In this document: piece after piece, positions 51,421 through 64,000 of the stretch
Layout: each line of letters opens with the position of its first letter
How positions within the stretch are numbered: the first letter of the stretch is position 1
NCBI GenBank assembly: GCA_012295275.1
Contig: CM022671.1
Coordinates: 14,632,001 to 14,696,000, forward strand
Direction: 5' to 3'
Length of the DNA stretch: 64,000 nucleotides
DNA from: Chrysomallon squamiferum
Lineage: Eukaryota; Animalia; Mollusca
The notes under the pieces: model-generated
The model's database searches: none
Seen by the model: only the letters and a program-made list of their open reading frames with translations
Told to the model about the DNA's origin: nothing
Translations under genes and position numbers: made by a program

Positions 51421-52347
51421 GTAAAGTTTGTAATGTCATTGCAAGATCTAGTATAATAATAGCAATTTAAAATAATATCATCTTATGATGTTACAAATCC
51501 CATTTCTTATCAATCTAATTACCTCAAGCAGACTGTATGAAGAAAGAAAAAAAAAAATCCAAACAAAGGCAAAACTGATCAGTGAATCACTGAATGTGAT
51601 CATATAATTAATTAATGTCGTATGTCGGATTGCATAATTTCAGTCCAGCGTTAACTGAATGTATATATATATATATTAATATTAATAACATTTTAAAAAA
51701 TAACATCAACAAATACTAAAACAAACAATCCCCCCAAAAATCGAGTACATTCTTTTATTTTGCAGTTGTGGATAATGGCAGATGGTAATAATCTTCAATG
51801 ATTATTATTTGTTTATTTATTTATATATTTTTTATTTTTATTTTATTTTTATTTATTTATTTATTTATTTATTTATTATTATTATTTTTTTTTTTTAGTA
51901 GAAACTGATAAATATAAATTCACTTTTAAACAGTTGTAATAAGTCAATAAATAAAACTGATTTCAGAATTTAGCCGATTGATCAAAGTACTACAAAATCT
52001 GTTTTATGCAGTTTAATTTGCTTTTAGTACCACCATATAAATGATACAGTATTTTTGAAGATGATAAGATACTATATAATCCTGTATTAATGTGATGACT
52101 CCAAGTTTATAGAAAGCAAATTGTGGTATTTGTTCCTACTTACTATTTATTTTCTAATTAGTTTTTGTACAACGTTTATAACTACATATGAAATGGTGTG
52201 TTCTTTTCTACAAAATCATAGATTATTTGTCTACAATCTAGAAAATGTGCTGTTGGGGTCATATAATCTGATGAAATGTAAAATCCATGGACATACAGAT
52301 TTTTCCTTTTATTTGTTTTATTCTAGATTGTGATATGTTAATTCACC

Positions 52348-53802
52348 ATGATGAATCAGGCAGCTACCTATCAGCGTAACCTTGAGAGTTCCATCCTCTT
52401 CATCCAGCAGGAACATGCTAATACACTTAAAGCTCTTCATGAAGAAATTCATTCTTTGCAGAAAAAATGTTCAGGTAAACCAAGTTTCAGATATGTAATT
52501 AAAAAACCGTCTTCTTTAACAAAAATTATTTGGGTTAATGTTATTCAGATACTGGAATTATAAGGATATAAACAGAGAACAGGATTCAAGCCTAAACACA
52601 AATTCCATTATACAGATTGTTTACAGGATTTTTTATATAATATTCTTATTATTTTGTCTGTTAAATAAAGTTTGTGTATGCTAAATTATCTGAAAACAAC
52701 AGCTTATTGTTAATTACTTATATTGTAGATTTACAGTTTGAGCTGCATGTAACAGAGAGGCCATCAGGAGAAACAGGTAGAAATTTTAAAATTATACAAA
52801 TAAAAATATTAAATAAATACATATTTATTTAATCTTTTTCTAATGTCAGAGATAATAAGAAACCAAGACAATAAAATATTATAGTTATAAAATCATTTAG
52901 ATAAATGAAAATGTGTAAACGACAATGTTAAGATTTGTAGTGGCAAATTATAATGAAAAAAAAATGATGCTCCCTGTTATACATCAATTATTTAATAAAC
53001 ACTGAATCATCTTATAAACATCCTAGTTATAAAATATTCTGTTAAACTATAAACTGTCCTTTTTGGGTGTATTTTTTTAGGTGTCTCCAATACAAAAGAC
53101 TTGGAAGAAAGAATCAAAGAATCAAAGGAATTAGAATTAAAATTACGACAAGAAATAAGCCACAAAAATAAAAGAATACAGCTTTTAGAACATGAAATGC
53201 GACAACAGAAAAAAAGATTTTTGGACGAACAAAGAGCACATGCTCAGCAAATAAATGCACTAAAAGCTGATCTTGATGTAAAGTCAAATAGTGTTGCATA
53301 TTTGACAACAGAACTTCACAGAATCAAATTAAAACAGAAAATGGATTTGGATTCAGCATTAGACTCATCTATAAGAAGGACGACTCAAGGTATGCGTGTT
53401 CCAGCTCCTCCGAAAGACAGTCCGTCCAAGTTAAACAGGTCACGTGTTCGAAGATCTTCTGGGTTGTCTGCTGACAGTGATGGTCTTGAGAAACGTCCAT
53501 TAAGAATTCTATCTTCAAAAAGTAGTGGTTCAAGTCGATCAGAATCACCTGACGTTTCGCCTTTCATAGCTCGCACTGAACTGCCAACTTCTGTGAAAAC
53601 ACAACCTATCTTGCCACCTATTTCCGTCCAGAACAGGAAACCTGTTATTGTTCACAATGTGGTGCATTCAGCACATAATCTTTCCAGGAAAAGAGCAGAA
53701 TTGTCATCTCCGGAAATTTCCAAACTGGCTGTGGATCAGGTTTCACGAACAGATGCTTCTTGGGGACATGCACAAGAATCTCAGAGTTCAGAATATAACT
53801 GA
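52348..53802 (+). CDS. CCDC92: Coiled-coil domain-containing protein 92-like
   Basis: Exons 52348-52474, 52729-52776, 53081-53802. N-terminal CCDC92/74 motif LESSILFIQQEHANTLKALHEEIHSLQKKCSDLQFEL, coiled coil, VAYLTTELHRIK, PDVSPF, ILPPI, LAVDQV. Confidence 0.88.
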
Positions 53803-56356
53803 TAAATTTGAAGATTGTTATCAGTTTCATTTTGACCTTGTATGTTCGAGTTTTAACAAATGATAGTATACTGCTGTACTTGTTTTGTAATGAATGCTGA
53901 GTGTGAACTGTTGTGTGGAACAGTAGATAATAATGTTATGCTTTTATTTAACTGGGTGTTGTACTTCTGGCATTAGAAGAAAGATGTTACAAGTAAATAT
54001 TGTTTAATATACTGAACTGTAAATGTGAGATTTTTGTTACCAAGTTGTTGTTGTCTATTAATTTTTTGTTGATCTCATTTCTGATTTTGTTTTATTTTTC
54101 TATTATTTTTGTAATGTTTATGGTTTTCACGGAAGTAATCCATATACAAACTCAGTTAGGATGTTTATATGATGGCTCAGTGTTTATTAAATATTTGATG
54201 TATAATGGGAACATCAGTTTTTTAATATTTTTTTATATATATATCTTTCACTATAATTTGGCACTAAAAAATATTTACATTTTCCTTTACACAATGTTAT
54301 CAAAGTACATTTTCTAAACACTTTCTAGAAATTCACTATATAATAAAATGTAGTTACCAAAAAAAAAAAAATCAATAACAATAATTGTCCTGAAAGTATT
54401 CATTGCTTCTTTTTATTTTTGATATTTACTTAATGCATTAGATGGAAAGCAAATTAAAATTTTAATCAGAAGAATATGGCTGATAAATAAACATTAGCTT
54501 TAAATATTTCCTTTTCATATTAAATATTATGATCATTGAAAATCCTGGTTTGTCATTGTCAACAATATGTTTATTGATTTGAATGATATAAATTGAAAAA
54601 AAGAAACTACATACAGACTTTATTTAAAATGTACTTGTTCACTCATTAATTTTTAAAAGGCTTGATCAGTTAAAGTAAAATTTCAATTTTGCAGAAAGAG
54701 AGATATATATGTATAGCTAAACAGTTAATTGCAAATACCTTCTTTCTTTTTTTTTTTAAAATAATTGTTCATGGTTTGGAGGTGTATGTGAGCATGATTA
54801 ATGGGAAAAACATTATGCTAAAAAATATGTTTCCAAATTTCTTTTTGTCACCTTATATAGTGTGTATGTGTAATACATTTAATCAGTGTTTCTGCACATT
54901 TTGAAATGGTGTAGGTTTATGAAATTTAGCTTTCAGAATTTAAAAATAAATTTACATATTAAAACTGCATTAAAGAATTGGGTCATTCAAAATCCTTGAC
55001 TGCAGACATGCTGATGGATTTTATTTGACTGTTTTTGTTGATAATGCAATGTTATTAAATTTAAACTGAATGAATATTGACAAACTTTGAAGTGAATAAA
55101 TAGGCAATATGTTTTATTGTATTAAAAACTAATGTTATTTTGGTATTAAATTAATATTTTATTATGTTTTAATAAATTCTGCTAAGTAAAATATATTCTA
55201 AGTAAAATATATGCCAATAAAACCTTCAGTGTAGTGATATTTATTTTGTTGTTTATTTTTAATTTATAACTGATTTATAAACCAGTAATAGTTGAAATGT
55301 ATAACTGATCTGTAACGGTTGAAAGAAATGCAGAAGATGTCAGTATTATTGTTAATATACTCTTTTACTTTTAAAACATTTAATCAATATATTCCATGTT
55401 TTTCAACTAAAAAGGATTAACCTTCAAAATATTAATGTAGAATGTTAACAACATTTACAGAATGCATAAGTTTGTTTTTTTACCTGTTTTGAATAGATAA
55501 AGTCTGTTCAGTCTAAAAGTGCATTTTTGACAATTTTTGTATACAAAAATAAAAGGAAACAAAATTCAAAGGAAATTTTGGAATGTTCATGATTACATGG
55601 ATTATAAGGGTCACCCAAAATTTTATACTAAAAAGAACTCGTTATTCATTTAATGTCAAAGTGTTGGAATTTATATTTACTAAATTTATTAAAGTTTAAT
55701 AATACGAGGTCACTCTAAAATATTTAGAATATTATTATTATTTTTTTTTTAATATTTTTATTTTTTTTTTTTTTTTTTTTGCAATGGGAAAAGAAAAGAT
55801 TTTCAGAATATTATATTATGCATTATTTTGTGATAGAACTTAAAGCATATAATTATATAAGAATAATGAATAAAAATGTTAATTTTATACACCATGATTG
55901 CACATGATTATAAAACTAAAATATATATTATTGCTGACTGGCGTCTGTTCAATTTTATCGAACAAGAATGACTGTATTTATCTTCAGATAGCCCAGCACT
56001 ACTTTCTTTTGAATATGTCTTTACAAAAATAAAAAAATTAACAAATTATTATCTTTTTGTTTTTATTTTCAGTAGCCATTACCTCTGTCAGCATCATCAG
56101 TTTATTCACTTTCATAAGCTGCTGCTTTTTCGCATTTACCTCTCGTCTCTTTTAATGGTGTTAGTCACGTGATCTATATTTACACACATCAATAATGGGT
56201 TTTAACATGACTCCATTTTTATTTATTTATTTATTATTAATCTCAAACGAACTTCTAAATAAGCTTTAATATATATATATATATATATTAAATGTTTAAT
56301 GTCATACAAACATAACGCTTTCTTTGATTCTGACTTAAAAACAGTACTCTTATATC

Positions 56357-57457
56357 CAGAGCCGGATTAAGAAACTGCGGGGTCCATAGCATAGGCCTCT
56401 ACTACTGGTTAGTTACAAAAATAAACGAACCCCCCCCCAGCCTATGCCCACTATTATCACAGCTTTATATACTACATAAACACACCTTAATGTTTGAACA
56501 ATCAGTTAGATATATTGTCGAAACAAAAGGAATCTTGCCAACAGATTAAAACCCAGTGCAAATGCCATTGAACTTTAATGTAACTGCATGTATGCCCTGA
56601 AAACGTGGGTCAAAGTTTAGGCCAGTAGACAAGTGTGATTCAGGTTCAGATTAAGTTATATATCGCGCCTTCGAGATTTTATATGAACAAAGTCTTTTAT
56701 AATGGAAGTAGTGTCAACCGTTCTCAACAACTCGCATCCGATGCTCATCAACGTCAGCATATTTAAACGTTTTTCTCCCATCGTCTTTCTTTATGCATTT
56801 TTTTATGCGGCGCTATTTGGAAAACGAACGCTCCTCCGTGTTATTTGTAACCATCATCCACAAATACATGCGTAGCATTATTTCAGTATAAGGAAAACAT
56901 GATTGCATGTTGTGATCTCTGATGAGACGGTACACGAACAGCTCCAATGCCTCGCCGCCTGTCATCGCCGTGTTGTCCTGATCATCAGCTGCAGCATCTG
57001 ACTGAGAAACATTCGGATCAGTTGTAGCCGTTTGCCAAACTCCGCGTTGAGAATTGCCACGAACTGTAGAAGTTCGTTTGTCAGACTGGACTCCAAATTA
57101 TTTGGATGCTTGTTAATGAGAGTCATCGCCGATTTGGACAGTTGCTCCTCGGACATCGAACCTATCGAAAGAAGCTTGCAAACATTTCTTCAGTGTATTT
57201 GCGACAAAGCAACTAGTGAACTAGATGTGGTCCACTTGATAGTGAGGAAAGAAAATTTCAACAACGAAACTGTTCAAACAACGCACTTCTTCAGAAAACA
57301 AATACCAAAGGCTGTTGTCAAAATTGTGATACCCAGCATCTTTATTAATAATAATAATATAATATATATATTATTTTAAATAACTGATCCGCGGGTCCCC
57401 TGAAAACGTGGAGCCCGTAGCATTTGCTACATCTGCTATGTTGTTAATCCGGCACCG
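56357..57457 (-). mobile_element. Non-autonomous, internally deleted hAT DNA transposon (ZMYM1-like transposase C-terminus)
   Basis: TIRs CAGAGCCGGATTAA (56357) and TTAATCCGGCACCG (ends 57457). 8-bp TSD cttatatc/cttatata (7/8). Minus-strand remnant FPYTEIMLRMYLWMMVTNNTEERSFSK*RRIK...TMGEKRLNMLTLMSI..ELLR matches the hAT dimerisation domain, with stops. Confidence 0.92.
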
Positions 57458-59539
57458 CTTATATACATTGCGTTTTCGTTTGAATTTGGTACTTAAGACT
57501 TTTGGTGTATTTCGTTTTAAATTTTTGCCGATTTTCGTTGAAATGCTGTCACGTGTTAATCAGCTGACCGTTACGTCCCGATTCAGGTCGATTCAAACAT
57601 CCCGAAGATTTCCGAGTCGGCGATTTCATGACATGGCTTTGGGTTTCTTTATGTAGCGTGTGTATGTACAACTGCAGTGTACTTTTCATTGTTCTAACGA
57701 AATCGAAAATGACCAATTTAAACAAAGGAAAGGCCAAAATGATTATTAAATGACTAACTGAAAAGCACCTTAGACCTGTCTCTGGCGGACAGATAGCGAT
57801 AATCATTTAAAATGTCCGTCTGAGCTGTTTTCCGCCAGAGGATACTCTGGCAAGTATGAATGGTACCATGACCAGTATCAGCAGTAACAAAACTAATTTC
57901 TAGTTAAACAAGCAAAACGTTTGGAACAAGTACAAGATATCTATATCAGCTATTACGCAGATCATCAGATCAATAATGATGTAATGAAGTGACTAAAGTA
58001 CCTGCTATGGTTATCTTGCCATATATCGATCAACTTTCTTGCAAAAGAAAGGGATATTATTCTTGTGTGTCAGTAACAATCAACAGCAGACACATTCTTT
58101 TCACAGAAAAAGGCAAACACACGCAGTGTAGACGAAGGCAAGCTAAGTATGAATCAAAAATATTTCTAGAATCAACTTCAGCTCCAAAGGAACAAAATGG
58201 CGGCGTTTTTGAAATGACATGACAGAAAAATGTTACGTCATGCATGTAATATTAGCAGATATCAGACACCAGATTTAGTTTATTTTATGTATTTAAACCA
58301 TTATTTTTGCTGTTCCATAAGGACTCTTTAAGTCAAATAATAATAATAATAATAAAAATAAAAAATAGCGGGAAATCTAGCTAGCAGTTTTGGAAAGAAG
58401 CACGGTCATGCAAATGATTGTCAGCCTTGAATGTTCGAGCGTTTCTCTATTTCCACAGTATATTAAATATTTAATTAATGAAATTAACAAGTAAAGACAA
58501 TAATAATAACAATAAAGTACGCGTATGTCTATATTTGTCCAGCTACATAAATGTTTTAATGGAGGTAACTTCGATGTTAATTAAATCTTCTCAGTAGGTA
58601 ACTCATGCTTGCTCTTATGAGCGAGCGTCACACATTAAATAATCGCCACTGTCACACTCATATAATATCGGGTGTGATCTAATTCAGATTATAATTAGGA
58701 CCAGTTTCGTCCAATCCTTAGTAAAATGACCACCTATGACTGTCTGACAGTGATCTAGTTAAGATGCATTTACGAGGTGAAACTTCCTATAACTTTATTC
58801 CTGGTGGATCGAAACAAACATGTCACGTTGTTCACGCAGCGCAACCTTTATCTGACCCGATTGTTCTTCAGGAAAGTTAATGCAATTTTTTGTGTTTGTC
58901 TAAGTTGGAGCAGATGAAGCGACAGCTCGTTAGGTCGGCTAACACGCAGAGTCTTCACATATGATCCAGGCCATTAAAGAATTAACGTCCAATTTTATCA
59001 CTGATGGACGAGCCATTTGTGCTGTTTGTTCTAACAAATTGGTTGATGGGACATACACTGAAGTAAGATGCACCGGCATAATAAGCTTTTACTGTATTAA
59101 TTCTTTTCTTTTTCAAAAAAAAAAAAAAAAAAATAAAAAAAACCGAAAAGAAAAAGTTATGCTTCAGAATTATGCTTCTTAATAATAATTCCAAAAAAAA
59201 AAAAAAAAAAAAAAAAATAATTGTTAAAGTATGAATAAGGATTGTGCATTTAACACCATTCAATATAAGAATAGACAATAAAAATATTCTTCACACTTAC
59301 CGACGGTAAGTAAAAAGAAGTCACATTTTATATTTAGAGAGAACTAACTGTTAAACAACGATAATAAATAAATAAACATATGTATGTATGTATGACACTA
59401 TAAATAATGTTTCAAGGAATATTTATAATTCTTATGGGTATATTATTATTATTATTACTCTTATTATCATCATTATTATTATTATAAATGCAGTCTGCGA
59501 TTTCTTTACGAACAGTCTCGCTTTGTAATTTATTAGAAT

Positions 59540-59670
59540 AATAATAATAATAACAATAATAACAACAATAATAATAATAATAACAATAAAAATAATAATA
59601 ATAACAATAATAATAATAACAATAAAAATAATAATAATAACAATAACAAGAAAAAGCAATAACAAACAAT
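59540..59670. repeat. (TAA/CAA)n low-complexity repeat
   Basis: Visible directly. Confidence 0.9.
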
Positions 59671-61923
59671 ACATTCAGAAGATAACTGCTGCAGTACAGA
59701 GACAGATATATTTATAAACTCAAGGCTTCATAATGCCGTGCTTCTTATCAGTAAATGTTCCCAAGGGAGACGTTTTATCTTTGTATTAAACAAATGCCTG
59801 AAATAACAAAGACTTCGATTTGTTATATTAGTTTCTTCTGTTTGACGCTAAAGTGCAACTTCTTACCCAGAAAAAATATAAACAAAAAAGAAGACACATA
59901 TTCTATAAGGTGATTATCAGTTTCAAATGATTCAGTTATATATATACAATCATACAGTGCTAGTATCAGTGGTATTTACTTTATTTTTAATAACACTGAC
60001 CGACCTTCACAAATTTACTGAAGACATTGTAAGACGACAGTAATAAAACATCACAAGACACACGTGTTTAATCTTTTCACTGAATCGATTAAAAGTCGAA
60101 ACATTTAAAAAATTTTAAAATATTTCTATGACGGAAGTAATTTTGAGTGATAACGTTTATTAATTAATTAAGCATGAATGTACTTTTTTTTTTGTTTTTT
60201 TTTATTAATTTTTTATTTTAAAGAATTCGTAGAATATGCATCCCAGTGCCACAGTATGGCCTTAGTAATATTTTAGCAGTAACTATATTGCTGAAAATAT
60301 TTAAATATTTACTTTAACGTGTTATACACTTATTGAATGCAGATAATGAGTATCAAAAGAAAACAACAAATACTTAGAGAAAAATAAATATAAAACTTTT
60401 ACTGACGTAATTTAACAGTCTGTCGTTTCAAGTTAAAACATATGAGAGTTTCTGTTTTGTTTAGTGTAAGTGAGAAGTATTTGGTATAGAGACAGTTAGA
60501 CATTTTCTTAATACTGGAGTCTCTCCTATTGTGGACCGTATGTTCATAATTTAAAACAGAAATTAAAAATATAATTATTTAATGTATAACTAGGCTAGAA
60601 GCAAACTAGATTTTTGTTCTACGGCTGAGAGTTTTTGCATATAGTGTACGTAGGGCGCATTGCTCTTATACAAGTTATTAATGTGACTTATTTTTAAATG
60701 TGATCAATTTTCTCTGTGAGTTCTGTATGTTAAAGCTAGATATTTTTAGTACCCTCCATCACTTTGGGCTACTCTGATGTCATTATTAGATACTGTATTA
60801 TTGTATGATTGTATTTATGGTTAGACTGACTGACCATTTCAATACATTTTATGTCATGCAATTTTATCTTTCATCACTGTTATATTGTTTCTTTTATAAT
60901 TCAGTTTATAAAGAGATAAGATAAAAATAATAATAATAATAAGTATGTGTCTTTAATATTTGTTTAATACGACGCAAACAGAAAAATATATCTAATCGGC
61001 GGCCATTTTGAATTGTAACTTTACCCTAGCTAATAGCGGTCACTGCCTAGTTAATTCTGTATCAGTTTTGCTCCAATTACCTGACTACAGATTAAGTGGC
61101 ATATTATCACTTTATCCACTGTTTCACAGTATTAATGCACTAATAAGATTACATAAAATTTTATCTTATATTTTTCTCTAAGACCTAAAGATTATAGCAG
61201 CCAGAATTTCTACAAATCTAAAAATGGAAAATGTTTTTTTTTTTAAATTTGATTTTATTTTTTATTGGCGGGTTTTTTTTTTTTTTTTTTTTTTTTTTTA
61301 CTAAATGAAATAAACTATTGTCCATTCTAGGGGTGAATCTCAATGAAATCAGAATTCTATTCTTTTTGACAAAACGATTTTAATTTCCGTCACATTTCGC
61401 TGCGCTTAACCAAACCGATTACTTTAAATTCTCTTCAAAGCTCTCCAGAGAATGTAAGCGGATACGCGACAACGACTTATTATATCTGTTCAGCTAACCA
61501 ATAAAACTGTCGAGAATCCAAACTTACACTTTTCGTTGGTTTGCTAAAGAAAATTGGACGAAGCCATCATTTCTGAATATCGATAAAATATTGAAAATGA
61601 ACTATCCATGGTTTAGACTAGTTGTACAGGCTAGCTATAAGCATTAGACAAACATTGACGGACTGTCTGGCACTTTTTTTAAAAATCAGTCTCTATGTGT
61701 ATAGTTTGACAGTGTCATAATCTGAGATATCCTTCTTTCCTTTTTTACCTGATTTAAAGAGATTTGAAGATTTCAATTAAACGGTAAGTGAGGTTCAATA
61801 TAAATTTTTAATTGTATCTATGTATGTACTTTCTGAATTATCATTTTAGTTTTAAATTTTGTTTTAAAAATAAAACTGAAATTAATAAATAAAAATAATC
61901 ATGAAAATAGTAAACTTCTGTTT

Positions 61924-61961
<38 letters not shown>

Positions 61962-62993
61962 GGTAACAAAAAATATGTTTAGTGAAATAAAACCATGGTT
62001 ACTGTATGACTGAATTTAAACCGCATTGTTGTTGTGAGACATCCATAAAATCGCTATCTCATAAAACCATTTCATCCTAAATTCCATCTCTTATGATAAT
62101 TTTTCATGTTCAAAAATGAAACATTCAGAATTTGAAACACTGTCAGTTTTTAAGTTAATTACAAAAGAAAAAAAAAGTAAATTAAATATGATGAAATAAA
62201 AAGGTAAATTAATAGAGTTTCTGCAATATCTTGTTAATAGTATCATGCTATTATTGGACTGATGGATTCAATTTTTTGTAAATCATCGATGTAAAAGCCA
62301 TCATCAGTGTGTCAACATTCATTATAAAACAACGAATTCATTCAATAAGCAAATTTAAATTGTACAAATCGATGCACAGATTTTGCAGACTCTGTTCATT
62401 TATCTAAAAACAGGGGGGGGGAATATAACAATAATTTAAAAAAATAATAATAATAAAAAAAAATAACAAAAAATAAATAAATAAATAAAACAGCATGTAG
62501 AAATCTTTAAAAAAAATTCTTTATAAGATAGCAAAAATATTTATTTTCTTTGCATTAGACATTGATTTCAAACAGGTTTCTGTGGACGTTGCAAACCTAC
62601 AAACAGCGTTTTTAACAAAGGCTTCATATTCGGACACAAACACTGTAATTTCTACGTCAGAACTGCTTCCTGAACTTGTTTTCTCGTGATTTGACAGTAT
62701 TGTATTTCACAGGTAAAGATTATTTCAATCATCTTTCTTTGATTTGGAAACCGTACGTGTACATGCATCTGCGATCTAAATGAGTCACCCAAGAGCTCTG
62801 TGATTTCGTTTGATGCGTTTGACAAGCTGTAATCGTTGAACTGGTTATCTGATACGTTACTGTGAGATTTTGCTGGAAGCCAGTCAGTGATAACTTCAAT
62901 CATTTCTTAATGAAAAAAAAAAAAAAAAAAAAAAAAATTGCTGTTTCACCAAATCCCATTTTAGTTCTTCAAGATATAATCAAGATTTAATTT

Positions 62994-63024
<31 letters not shown>

Positions 63025-63561
63025 AAGGTTTGTCATAAGCAATTATTTGTTTAGAATATTAGACAATTTACAGCATCTTCTAATTTGATGAAAAAAAAAA
63101 AAGAAAGAAAGAAAAAGAGGAATTATTAATTTCTTCTTAAGCTACAACGCTATTATGTAATAGACGATAAAATTAATGTTTTGCTAGTAGTTACTGCATT
63201 TTCTGTAAAATGTAGTTACATCTGAATGAACAAATTGTTCATCAAATAAATTAAAATTTTAAATGGATTTTTTAATTACTTTTGTTTTTTTCATTTTATA
63301 GCAAAATGAAAATGAATGATCCAGATTTCTGGCCAAGGCTTAATGCATAATTAAAATCTAAAATAATTAAAAGTAATGAAAGAAACCGTATTTAACAAAT
63401 ACAAAATTACACACTTTTCAAGCCGATTGTCTGGTAATGCTAGTTTTCTAAATGATTTGGAAGCAGGAATGTAAAACATTTTAAAATTATATACCATTTG
63501 ACTCCATATACAAATTTTTGAGAAAACGACCAGAATAGCTTAACTTCAGAAGTAACTATAC

Positions 63562-63604
<43 letters not shown>

Positions 63605-64000
63605 AACTACAATAAAGAAGAAAAGAAAAGGAAAAACAAAAACATGAAAGAAATCACGAAAATGCAAATAAATGTCTTACAGACATACTTCAGATGGACC
63701 ACTAAAGGGTCTTAATTACTTAAATTGCTACTGAAACCAAATATGTTTACTCTGAGGACCTGCCAAAAACTGCCAACAACACATGTTCAATAGGAAATCG
63801 ATGTCGTAGAGAAGTGCAGGTTTGTGGTCATCAGAATGCTCCATTTAGCGATGTACGCCGTTTAGTGTCTGCATTCAGAACGTAATGCAATTTGTGTCCA
63901 TGTAAACTGAAAATATATTCACGAAGTAACACGTTAATTCTGTATTTATTAGTTCTACAATATTAAATGTTCTTTTATTTATTTATTTATTTATATATAT

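Noticed and set aside
57032-57379. 115-aa plus-strand ORF
   Set aside because: Antisense to the decayed hAT transposase.

Overview
AT-rich, microsatellite-laden, intron-containing animal genomic DNA (an invertebrate bilaterian, probably a lophotrochozoan such as a mollusc; this is inferred from gene content and composition). Eight protein-coding loci can be built by hand from GT-AG splice sites. In order: an IL-17 receptor-like gene (signal peptide, FN3-like ectodomain, TM, SEFIR; +, 1397-8805); an orphan, disordered two-exon gene with an apparent frameshift (+, 12246-13709); an intronless secreted Cys-rich/cbEGF gene (+, 15204-16502); TPST (-); CCDC86 (-) head-to-head with RSRC2 (+); Deltex (-) head-to-head with CCDC92 (+). 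Two decayed hAT transposons are present, one with TIRs and an 8-bp TSD. Most noteworthy: (1) a ~250-bp inverted repeat pair with a ~170-bp perfectly identical core that brackets the orphan gene, making a candidate invertible or captured cassette; (2) a candidate stop-containing 'poison' exon with an internal hairpin in RSRC2 intron 3; (3) single small indels that appear to break three genes; (4) a TPST-CCDC86-RSRC2-DTX-CCDC92 block whose human homologues fall in the same paralogous regions. All exon models are manual and have not been checked against transcripts.
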